Of a DNA stretch of 60,101 nucleotides, positions 6,715-14,826 are shown piece by piece (positions within the stretch are counted from its first letter, which is position 1; every line of letters begins with the position of its first letter). The DNA lies in the IMG/VR virus record IMGVR_UViG_3300044970_000208, positions 1-60,101 of that record. One strand, 5' to 3'. Below the pieces are notes generated by a model. It was not told where the DNA came from. It saw nothing but the letters and a program-made list of their open reading frames with translations, and did not search any database. The position numbers were made by a program, and so were the translations under genes. This DNA comes from a virus. Its lineage: Duplodnaviria > Caudoviricetes.

Positions 6715-7554
6715 ATGGCAAATCACGTCATCTTCTCCCGCAACATCGACAACTCTGCTCTGACACTTGAGCAGATTCAACACCGTGCTCCTGCTGCGTT
6801 CAGCACCACCAAGTCTGAGCGTTTGAGTGACCGTTATGTATCGCTCAATACCAGTGATGTGCTGCCCATCATGGCAGACTATGGCTACCTTCCAACACAG
6901 GCTGCACAAAAGCGTAGCCGTAAGGCCAGCACCGAGCATGCTGCCCACATGTTGGCATTCAGTCGTACCACTGACATCGTTGAAGCTGGTGACATTCGTC
7001 CCGAGATCATCTTGTACAACTCTCACGATGGCACAGGCTCAGTGAAGCTGTTTGCTGGTGCATTCCGTTTCATCTGTAGCAATGGCATCGTGGCAGGTGA
7101 TGGCTTTCAATCCCGCATCTACCACAGCAAAGCATTGACAGGCTTTGAAGAGATGTTGCGTAACACAGTGGCTACATTGCCTGATCTGATGGGCCGCATT
7201 GACAGGATGCGTGGTGTGTCGTTGTCTGTTGGTCAAGTACATGACATGGCAATTGCTGGTGTTGCTACCCGTTGGGACGACTACACAGGTCAACCCCGTG
7301 GTGCTTACGCTGTGTCACAGACAGTCAAGGATGTGATGAATGTTCGCCGTTATGGTGACGAAGGCTACGATGCATGGACTGTGTTCAACCGCATTCAGGA
7401 AGGTGTGATTCGTGGCAATGCGATGATTCGCTCCATCACTGAGACACATCCCGAAGGTGTGATGCGTAAGGCTCGACCAGTCAACTCCATCAAGGAAGCT
7501 GTGCGTATCAACACAGAACTGTGGAATATTGCTGACGAATTCGTTACTGCGTAA
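6715..7554 (+). CDS. DUF932/DUF945 family protein
   Basis: SDRY, PEIILYNSHDG, AGAFRFICSNG and WTVFNRIQE motifs; start reassigned to MANHV. Confidence 0.9.
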   Translation: MANHVIFSRNIDNSALTLEQIQHRAPAAFSTTKSERLSDRYVSLNTSDVLPIMADYGYLPTQAAQKRSRKASTEHAAHMLAFSRTTDIVEAGDIRPEIILYNSHDGTGSVKLFAGAFRFICSNGIVAGDGFQSRIYHSKALTGFEEMLRNTVATLPDLMGRIDRMRGVSLSVGQVHDMAIAGVATRWDDYTGQPRGAYAVSQTVKDVMNVRRYGDEGYDAWTVFNRIQEGVIRGNAMIRSITETHPEGVMRKARPVNSIKEAVRINTELWNIADEFVTA

Positions 7555-7646
7555 CGTCAATGGCCTTAACCGCTATGGGGATGCCACTGCGTGGCAGCAA
7601 TCGGTGACAGCATGGAGAGACATGCAACAACACAACAACATAGGAA

Positions 7647-8474
7647 ATGTTAATGAATCAAAACAACGCTATCGGTATGTTCATGGGTCTGTTCATCGGT
7701 GATGCACTCGGTGCGCCATTGGAATTCACTGAGCCTAACACTGGCTCCCCACTCAAGGACATGGTCGGTGGTGGTGTTCATGAGACAGCACCGGGAGAGT
7801 GGACAGACGATGGTGCTATGGCAATGGCTATTGCTGATGCCTACCTCAGCTACAAACGCTTTGCTCCCGGCATCATTGCACAGAACTTCAAACAGTGGAG
7901 AAACAATGGAACTTTCGGTACTCGATCTTATTGTTTTGATATTGGAACTACTACTGCTGAAGCGCTGAGTGCATCGTCCAACAAGCGTCCCTATGGTGGC
8001 TCTTGTGCCCTCATGACAGACGGTAACGGTGCGATCATGCGACTGGCTCCACACATACTGTTCAACCACAACAACAAGACGATGGCGATTGCTGAGTCTG
8101 TTGCTGGTGGCTTGCTCACTCACGGTACAGGTAAGTGTGTTGCCTATAGTGCTGCACTGGCTGAAGAGTTGTTCGATGGGTCTGCACCAAACAAAACCCT
8201 GTACGACAAAGGCATCAAGGAAGAGAGTGGCACAGTGATGGGCTGCTATGCATCGGCATGGCAGTCTGTTGCAGCTACATCGTCCTTTGAAGACGCTCTC
8301 ATCCACGCTGTCAACAAAGGTGGTGACGCTGATACTGTTGGTGCTGTGACAGGTATGATTGCTGGTCGCATCTATGGCTACGATGCCATCCCTCAACGAT
8401 GGATTGATGCACTGGTTGACCACGACAAGTTGTTGGCGACAGCAACTATGCTTTACAACATGGGTGATGTATGA
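7647..8474 (+). CDS. ADP-ribosylglycohydrolase (DraG/ARH family)
   Basis: GDALG..EF, WTDD, GNGAIMR and GDADT metal-binding motifs. Confidence 0.93.
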   Translation: MLMNQNNAIGMFMGLFIGDALGAPLEFTEPNTGSPLKDMVGGGVHETAPGEWTDDGAMAMAIADAYLSYKRFAPGIIAQNFKQWRNNGTFGTRSYCFDIGTTTAEALSASSNKRPYGGSCALMTDGNGAIMRLAPHILFNHNNKTMAIAESVAGGLLTHGTGKCVAYSAALAEELFDGSAPNKTLYDKGIKEESGTVMGCYASAWQSVAATSSFEDALIHAVNKGGDADTVGAVTGMIAGRIYGYDAIPQRWIDALVDHDKLLATATMLYNMGDV

Positions 8475-8691
8475 CAAAAGGAACAACGTGACAATCAGAC
8501 TAACCAAAGACGGCACAGCCGTTGTAGACACCGAATACTATTGGCAACCCATTGCAACATGCCCAAGGTCTGCGAAGGTGCAGCTATTGAGTGTGCATGG
8601 TGTTGCTGTGTACGGGGAGTATCATGGCAAGGAAAAGTTCTGGACACATTGGGCACCGCTACCTAAGAAACCTAAAGAGGAAACAACATGA
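8467..8691 (+). CDS. DUF551-like phage protein
   Basis: WQPIATCP...THWAPLP; start uncertain (8467 or GTG 8488). Confidence 0.7.
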   Translation: MYDKRNNVTIRLTKDGTAVVDTEYYWQPIATCPRSAKVQLLSVHGVAVYGEYHGKEKFWTHWAPLPKKPKEETT

Positions 8692-8897
8692 GAGACACGA
8701 TAGACATGGCCCGTGAGTCATGGATTGACGTTTACGGGCTTGGGCATGACAGAGCAAAGTTTATTGAGGCACTTAAGCATTTTGAAGCCCTTGTCCGTGC
8801 TGATGAGCGTGAGGCGTGTGCTGGATTGTGCGAAGACCACTTCTTATCTGACGGCGACTGGTGCGCCAACGCCATCCGAGCAAGGGGAAACACATGA
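8688..8897 (+). CDS. Hypothetical phage protein (EREACA..C...CA.AIRARG family)
   Basis: Family motif, RBS. Confidence 0.8.
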   Translation: MRDTIDMARESWIDVYGLGHDRAKFIEALKHFEALVRADEREACAGLCEDHFLSDGDWCANAIRARGNT

Positions 8898-9982
8898 ACC
8901 TAGCCCGTTACATGCAACGTGTTGACAACGATGGTGTCGCCTACTACCGATACAACCCACCGTCTGACGCTGTCGAAGCCAACATTGTCAAGCGCATCAA
9001 GATAGGAACCAACCTTGTTGAAGCCATCAACTATTGCAACGAACAGAATGAATTGCTTGACGAGTGGAGGCAGCATCACCGCTACCTCAAGAACTTGACA
9101 GACAAGTCAACCGTCAACGATCTAACCAAGAGCTATATCAACAGTCTTGAACATAGCAGACTTGGTATAAAGACACGAGCAGACTATGCCTACTACCTCA
9201 AGCAATGGTATCAAGACCGCACAGCAGGGCAGGTGTTATTGCACACAAGGCTTGGTAGTTTGACGACACCAATGTGTCAACAAATCTATGACGCTCACGC
9301 CAGCAACAGCATCAGCTTATCCAACCATTCACTGGCTGTGTATCGTCTGTTGTTTAGCTATGCTATCCGCAATGGATTCTGCACCTTCAATCCGTTCACC
9401 AATGTCAAGCGTCAGACAGACCGACCACGCCGCACAGTGTGGACGAAGGAACACATCAAAGCTTTCATGGCTACAGCGTTCAGCAAGTATGAATGGCGAA
9501 GCATTGGCCTCATTGTGTACACAGCCTACTGTGCAGCGCAACGTCTTGGTGACATGCGTATGCTGACATGGGATAGCTATGACATCAACACAGGAGTGTT
9601 GTCGTTGGAGCAGAGCAAGCGTAGAGCTAGGGTGGCGATACCACTGCCGAAGGACTTGCAAGAGATGCTAAAGCAACAACACCTTGACCTATCATGGCAA
9701 CCCTATATAATGCCAGCTTCAACGAAGAATACACCCAAGCCCTACAGCTTGCAGCAGTTGAGCAAGGTGGGTAAGGTGGTGATGCAAGAGGCTGGATTGC
9801 CTGATGAGTTGCAGCTAATGGACCTGCGTAGGACCGCCATCACAGAGATGGTTGAAGTTGGTGTAGCTCTCACAAACGTCATGGCCCTGTCGGGTCATGC
9901 GACAGTGCATAGCCTTACGCCGTATGTCAAACACACATTGAAGAGTGCTACTGTGGCACAGGAACTGAGGGGTATGGTATGA
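8894..9982 (+). CDS. int: Tyrosine recombinase/integrase
   Basis: AQRLGD (R), QSK (K), MDLRRT, SGH and PY catalytic pattern; start reassigned to MNLARY. Confidence 0.88.
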   Translation: MNLARYMQRVDNDGVAYYRYNPPSDAVEANIVKRIKIGTNLVEAINYCNEQNELLDEWRQHHRYLKNLTDKSTVNDLTKSYINSLEHSRLGIKTRADYAYYLKQWYQDRTAGQVLLHTRLGSLTTPMCQQIYDAHASNSISLSNHSLAVYRLLFSYAIRNGFCTFNPFTNVKRQTDRPRRTVWTKEHIKAFMATAFSKYEWRSIGLIVYTAYCAAQRLGDMRMLTWDSYDINTGVLSLEQSKRRARVAIPLPKDLQEMLKQQHLDLSWQPYIMPASTKNTPKPYSLQQLSKVGKVVMQEAGLPDELQLMDLRRTAITEMVEVGVALTNVMALSGHATVHSLTPYVKHTLKSATVAQELRGMV

Positions 9983-10128
9983 CAATCGAACACATCATTG
10001 TCGGTGCTACTGGCGTAGGCTATGCCATCGTTGGTGTGCTGCAATGGAGCAAGGGTGAACTAAGTAACGGCATGATCTGGACAGGTTATGCCTTCGCACA
10101 AATTGGACTATGGATGAACATTAAATGA
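9979..10128 (+). CDS. Small two-helix membrane protein, 49 aa, not in the ORF track
   Basis: MTIEHIIVGATGVGYAIVGVLQW...; ATGA overlaps at both ends. Confidence 0.7.
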   Translation: MTIEHIIVGATGVGYAIVGVLQWSKGELSNGMIWTGYAFAQIGLWMNIK

Positions 10129-10349
10129 ACACATACAACTTGCCAATTGATTGGGACGCTATGCAGAAAATCACTGCTGCTGTACTCATCGAAGACCTAG
10201 ACAGCCTACACAACGACTGGAACACAGTGTATGGGCGTGACAGAGGTATGGTGTTTTCTCTTGAACGTGAGGAAGACCTTGCCGAAATATCAAAGCACAT
10301 TCAAGCTTTCAAACTACTCATCAAATACTACGGAGGAACTGTAACATGA
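10125..10349 (+). CDS. Hypothetical protein, 74 aa
   Basis: Coupled packing. Confidence 0.75.
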   Translation: MNTYNLPIDWDAMQKITAAVLIEDLDSLHNDWNTVYGRDRGMVFSLEREEDLAEISKHIQAFKLLIKYYGGTVT

Positions 10350-10993
10350 CAACAGCAAAACTTATCTGGACAACACCTGACGCTGACAAACACATCGGCT
10401 ATTGCGCCCGTGTCAGCAACCCCGGCAACCAAGACAACCCCAACGTGGCAGGGCTGCTCAATTATTGTGCAAAGAACAACCATTGGTCTGTGTTTGAAAT
10501 GGCTAGTGCATGCATCGAAGTGTCCACCACCCGCGACATTGCACGACAACTATTGCGACACAGAAGCTTCAGCTTTCAAGAGTTTAGCCAGCGCTATGCT
10601 GATGCTACACAGCTTGGTGAGTTTGCTATTCGTGAATGCCGCTTGCAAGACAACAAGAATCGTCAGAACTCTTTACAGACAGACGACTTTGACCTGACAG
10701 TTTGGTGGGCAGCAGCACAGGCTAGGATGATTGGTGAAGCTGAGTATTTGTATGGTGAAGCATTGAAGCGTGGTATTGCAAAAGAGCAAGCTCGTGCTCT
10801 GTTGCCTGAAGGGTTGACACCGTCTAAGCTGTACGTCACTGGCACTATGCGTAGCTGGATTACGTTCTTGCAAGCACGACTTGATGTAGCCACACAGAAG
10901 GAACATCGACTGGTGGCACAGGATGTGTTGGTTGTGTTGCGTGATGTTGCACCTGTGACGGTTGGTGCTTTCTTTCCTTTGGAGAATGTATGA
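10346..10993 (+). CDS. thyX: Flavin-dependent thymidylate synthase
   Basis: HWSVFE, RHRSFSFQEFSQRY (RHRx7S), TQKEH. Confidence 0.96.
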   Translation: MTTAKLIWTTPDADKHIGYCARVSNPGNQDNPNVAGLLNYCAKNNHWSVFEMASACIEVSTTRDIARQLLRHRSFSFQEFSQRYADATQLGEFAIRECRLQDNKNRQNSLQTDDFDLTVWWAAAQARMIGEAEYLYGEALKRGIAKEQARALLPEGLTPSKLYVTGTMRSWITFLQARLDVATQKEHRLVAQDVLVVLRDVAPVTVGAFFPLENV

Positions 10994-11244
10994 CCTGCAA
11001 CTGCCATCCCCTGTCACCATTCCTGTGGCAGCAACATCCCCGACCTTCCATCTTCGCTGACGATCCCTTGTTCAAGGCAAAGAACTCAGGCAAGACCGCA
11101 TCACAGATCAGCACAGAGGTGGTCAAGCGTAAGCGTGATGAAGGCGTTGAAGTTGGCACAATCTATGGCCTCAACAGAGAACGTGACGAAGCTTTGCTGC
11201 ATGCTAAGCGCTTCCATGTTTTCAGTAAGGCTGTAGCTAAATGA
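10990..11244 (+). CDS. Hypothetical protein, 84 aa
   Basis: Coupled packing. Confidence 0.7.
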   Translation: MTCNCHPLSPFLWQQHPRPSIFADDPLFKAKNSGKTASQISTEVVKRKRDEGVEVGTIYGLNRERDEALLHAKRFHVFSKAVAK

Positions 11245-12848
11245 GCTTTATCAAAACCCATGTTGCCTGTCCTGCTTGTGGCAGCAGTGATGGTGCATCA
11301 ATCAACGCAGACGGTAGCACCTATTGCTTTGTCTGTTCAACACTCACCCCCGGTACAGAAGGAATAACAGTGATCGAACCCATTACACCAGCAGTGTCTG
11401 ACACAAGCTTCATCAAAGCATTCAACACAGGTGTGCCAGTGTCTGTGTCAGAAAGACGCATCACCAAAACAACGATGGAGAAATATGGCACTGTCCGTGA
11501 CAACGGCAAATACTACTTCCCTTATTACGACAAAGACTCTGTGTTGGTAGCAGCAAAGGTCCGACCCGTAGACCGCAAAGACTTCAGCGCTGTTGGCAAC
11601 TGGAAAGCTGCAACGCTGTTTGGTCAGAACCTCTATCCATCTGGTGGTAAATATCTAACCATCACTGAAGGTGAGTTCGATGCGATGGCTGCATTCCAAA
11701 TGACAGGATCGAAGTGGCCTGTGGTGTCCATCAGGAATGGTGCAGCTTCAGCAGTCAAGGACTGTAAGGCACAGTATGAATACATCAACAGCTTTGAAAA
11801 TATTGTCATATGCTTTGATGGTGATGATGTTGGACGGAAGGCAGCGAGAGATGTTGCTGAAATATTTGGTGCGAAATGTAAGCTCTTCAAACCAGACACC
11901 AACTACAAGGATGCGTGTGACTGGCTTGCTGATTCAAAAGAGTCTCAGTTTGTCAGTCGGTGGTGGGCCAGTGAACCGTTCACACCTGACGGTTTAATCA
12001 ATGGTAATTCTTTGTGGGATATGGTGTCCGAACCAGTTGCCAAAGCTGATTGTCTTTACCCTTGGACGGGTCTTAATACTCTTGCTGGTGGTATCCGTAA
12101 AGGTGAACTCGTAACCATCACAGCAGGTAGTGGACTAGGTAAGAGTCAGATTCTCAGAGAGATAATGTTTCATGTGCTGAACAACACAGAGGACAATATA
12201 GGTTTAATGTTCATGGAAGAGTCCGTCAAACGAACAGCGTTGTCCATGATGAGTCTTGCTGTTGATGCGCCTCTGCACCTTCCTGAAACAGTTATCACTG
12301 ATGAAGAACGACGACTGTCTTTTGACAAGACAATGGGTACTGATCGACTTTATTTCTTCCAGCATTTCGGATCAAGTTCAATTGAGAACATTGTCAATCG
12401 TGTCAAGTACATGGCTAAAGGATTGGGTTGTAAGTATGTAGCACTAGATCACTTGTCCATCATTGTTTCATCACAGGAAAACGGAGATGAAAGAAAAGCA
12501 ATTGATGCTGTGATGACTGCCTTGAGAACGCTTGTTCAAGAAACAAACATCTGTCTCTTTGTTATCTCACACTTACGTAGACCTACAGGTACAGGTCACG
12601 AGGATGGTGCATCGACTAGCTTGTCTCAGCTTCGTGGTAGTGGAGCCATCGCACAACTCAGCGACATCGTGATTGGTGCTGAACGCAATGGTCAAGCCGA
12701 TGACCCCCGTGAACGTAACACTACGCAACTAAGGGTGCTCAAGAACAGGTGGAGTGGTGACACCGGACCTGCGTGTAAGTTAATTTACAACAAAGAATCA
12801 GGAAGGATGTACGAAACATTTGACGATCCTAACGAAGACGTACTGTAA
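11241..12848 (+). CDS. T7 gp4-like primase-helicase
   Basis: Zn finger CPACGSSD..CFVC, TOPRIM EGEFD/FDGD, Walker A GSGLGKS, LDHL, LRGSGAIAQLSD, KNR. Confidence 0.96.
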   Translation: MSFIKTHVACPACGSSDGASINADGSTYCFVCSTLTPGTEGITVIEPITPAVSDTSFIKAFNTGVPVSVSERRITKTTMEKYGTVRDNGKYYFPYYDKDSVLVAAKVRPVDRKDFSAVGNWKAATLFGQNLYPSGGKYLTITEGEFDAMAAFQMTGSKWPVVSIRNGAASAVKDCKAQYEYINSFENIVICFDGDDVGRKAARDVAEIFGAKCKLFKPDTNYKDACDWLADSKESQFVSRWWASEPFTPDGLINGNSLWDMVSEPVAKADCLYPWTGLNTLAGGIRKGELVTITAGSGLGKSQILREIMFHVLNNTEDNIGLMFMEESVKRTALSMMSLAVDAPLHLPETVITDEERRLSFDKTMGTDRLYFFQHFGSSSIENIVNRVKYMAKGLGCKYVALDHLSIIVSSQENGDERKAIDAVMTALRTLVQETNICLFVISHLRRPTGTGHEDGASTSLSQLRGSGAIAQLSDIVIGAERNGQADDPRERNTTQLRVLKNRWSGDTGPACKLIYNKESGRMYETFDDPNEDVL

Positions 12849-12854
12849 CGATAG

Positions 12855-12899
12855 TGTTGAGTGCTGAGTTATATTATGGTATAACTTTGGCACTCAACA
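12855..12899 (+). promoter_or_regulatory. Promoter embedded in a long inverted repeat upstream of the endonuclease
   Basis: TTGAGT-17 bp-TATAAC with TG extension; arms TGTTGAGTGC/GCACTCAACA. Confidence 0.65.
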
Positions 12900-12910
12900 A
12901 AGGAGTTACC

Positions 12911-13486
12911 ATGACAAAGAGAGATCGTGCAGAGTACTACAAACAGTACTATCAGAAAAATAAAGATAGTATTAAACCAAAGCAACAGGAGATGGGGAAG
13001 ATATGGAGAGCCAAGAATAAAGAAGAGTTAAGTGAAAAAGGTAAGAAGTATTACGCAGAAAACAAAGACCGTATCTTGGAGAGAACAGGTAAGAACAGCT
13101 ATGAGAAGTATCATCAAGACCCATCAGCAGCTATACAGAAGCAGCAGGAGTGGAAAAGGAACAACATCGAAAGGTATCTTGTTCAAAGCGCCAGAGCACG
13201 GGCTAAGAAGCAAGGAGTTCCTTTTGAGATAACCCATACCGACATAGTAGTTCCACTGAGATGTCCTTACCTAGATATAGAACTGTCTCCTTTTTCGGGC
13301 TGGTCTACTCCATCATTGGATAAGATTGTTCCAGAACTTGGATACGTTAAGGGTAACGTTCAGGTCATATCAACACTAGCAAACACCATGAAAAATCAAG
13401 CATCCATTGAACAGTTATTGACATTTGCCCACTCCATAATTAGACTACACGAATCTCAGACCGAAGTGGAACAGGACGTGCTATGA
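12911..13486 (+). CDS. Free-standing HNH-like (homing) endonuclease
   Basis: Basic helical N-terminus, CPYL, PSLDKIVPELGYVKGNVQVIS..AN.MK; AGGAG RBS before 12911. Confidence 0.8.
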   Translation: MTKRDRAEYYKQYYQKNKDSIKPKQQEMGKIWRAKNKEELSEKGKKYYAENKDRILERTGKNSYEKYHQDPSAAIQKQQEWKRNNIERYLVQSARARAKKQGVPFEITHTDIVVPLRCPYLDIELSPFSGWSTPSLDKIVPELGYVKGNVQVISTLANTMKNQASIEQLLTFAHSIIRLHESQTEVEQDVL

Positions 13487-13635
13487 ACGAAGTCGAACAA
13501 TTCTGGAACGCCATAGTTAAGAAGTGGCCTACACCACAACCTAGCTACCACCAGCTAGACCCAATGGAGCAGATGATGCTGGTGCAATCGATCAACATCA
13601 TCCTTCAAATCTTGAACAACCGCGAAAGGAACTGA
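13483..13635 (+). CDS. Hypothetical protein, 50 aa (MNEVEQFWNAIVKKWP...)
   Basis: Fills the gap exactly; ATGA overlap. Confidence 0.65.
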   Translation: MNEVEQFWNAIVKKWPTPQPSYHQLDPMEQMMLVQSINIILQILNNRERN

Positions 13636-13636
13636 C

Positions 13637-14110
13637 ATGAAAGCAATCATCGGTCCCTATCCAGACGATGACACAAAGCGTGTTGAAACCATCCTCCTTG
13701 ATCCCTACGACACATGGAACATGGACCACACCTTAGCCCTCATCATTGTGCCAATGCTCAAGCAGTTGAAGGCTACGAAGCATGGTGCTCCATTTGTTGA
13801 TGACGAGTATGTGCCAGAACATCTTCGCTCTACAGCAGCAGCACCTAAAGAGAATGAGTGGGACACTGACACCAACCATTTCAAACGATGGGACTATGTA
13901 CTTGATGAAATGATTTGGGCAATGGAACAGATCGCTAACGACAATGACGAAGACCTGTTCTATGACATGTCCGAGGTAAATGAAGAAGCTAACATTATGG
14001 AGCAGGTTGAACAGATCAAGTGTGACATTGAAGGTCTTCATAAACATCACGAACGTATCGCCAACGGTACTAAGCTGTTTGGTATTTTCTTTCAAAGCCT
14101 TTGGGACTAA
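13637..14110 (+). CDS. Conserved phage hypothetical protein
   Basis: DTWNMDHTLALII.PMLKQLK..KHGAP family. Confidence 0.85.
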   Translation: MKAIIGPYPDDDTKRVETILLDPYDTWNMDHTLALIIVPMLKQLKATKHGAPFVDDEYVPEHLRSTAAAPKENEWDTDTNHFKRWDYVLDEMIWAMEQIANDNDEDLFYDMSEVNEEANIMEQVEQIKCDIEGLHKHHERIANGTKLFGIFFQSLWD

Positions 14111-14112
14111 CT

Positions 14113-14238
14113 ATGAAAACCTACGCAGAACTTGAACGTGAAGCTTACATGGCTGGCAACATAGAGTTGGCTAAGCTTTATGCTTTGCTTGATGACGCTG
14201 AGCAAGAGTTGCTTAGCCGTGAATATGGAGGCACATGA
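14113..14238 (+). CDS. Hypothetical protein, 41 aa (MKTYAELEREAYMAG...)
   Basis: Fills the gap. Confidence 0.55.
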   Translation: MKTYAELEREAYMAGNIELAKLYALLDDAEQELLSREYGGT

Positions 14239-14396
14239 TGAGTGACGGTGGTAAAGGATACACACAACGACCACGCTCCATTGCTGATGAAGAGTGGAGC
14301 AGTCGATGGGATGCCATCTTCGGTAGGGATAAGCCGGAACAACCAGAGGAACAACCCAATGATAAAGTGGCTGAACAAGACGCTGATAGAAAGTGA
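14235..14396 (+). CDS. Small protein (GKG..RP...WDAIF family), 53 aa
   Basis: GGAGG RBS; motif common in aquatic phages. Confidence 0.6.
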   Translation: MMSDGGKGYTQRPRSIADEEWSSRWDAIFGRDKPEQPEEQPNDKVAEQDADRK

Positions 14397-14826
14397 TCAT
14401 CTATGTGCTTGCTTCACTGAGAAAGAGTATTACAAGACATTGAAGTCTTTGAATATACCCATTGCAGATTGGGACAGGTGGTTGATGCAAGATGCCTTAG
14501 CCACCACCCACTACTTCACCACTCCGAAGGGCAGCAGAGTTACCATCGTTTGTATTCCTGTTAAACCTGAAGCAGATGGTATTGATGTTGCAACATTGTT
14601 GGTACATGAAGCTGTTCATGTGGTGCAGGAATACTTCAGGTACATTGGTGAAGACAATCCCGGCAGTGAGATTGAGGCATACGCTATACAGAACACCAGC
14701 GCTCATCTGTTGAATGCATATCGTGATAGACTATTCCCGAAACCAAAGAAGGAAAAGAAAGATGGATTACATATGGGACATAGAAACGTACAAGACAGCG
14801 TTCACGTTCTCAGCGATCAGCGCTGA
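14359..14826 (+). CDS. HExxH (zincin-like) protein
   Basis: LVHEAVH...EIEAY; start reassigned to MIKWL. Confidence 0.65.
   Translation: MIKWLNKTLIESDHLCACFTEKEYYKTLKSLNIPIADWDRWLMQDALATTHYFTTPKGSRVTIVCIPVKPEADGIDVATLLVHEAVHVVQEYFRYIGEDNPGSEIEAYAIQNTSAHLLNAYRDRLFPKPKKEKKDGLHMGHRNVQDSVHVLSDQR

Noticed and set aside
7650-8531. 293-aa minus-strand ORF; likewise 48697-49710 (+), 29213-30766 (+) and 53716-54396 (+)
   Set aside because: Antisense shadows of well-supported genes, with no motifs
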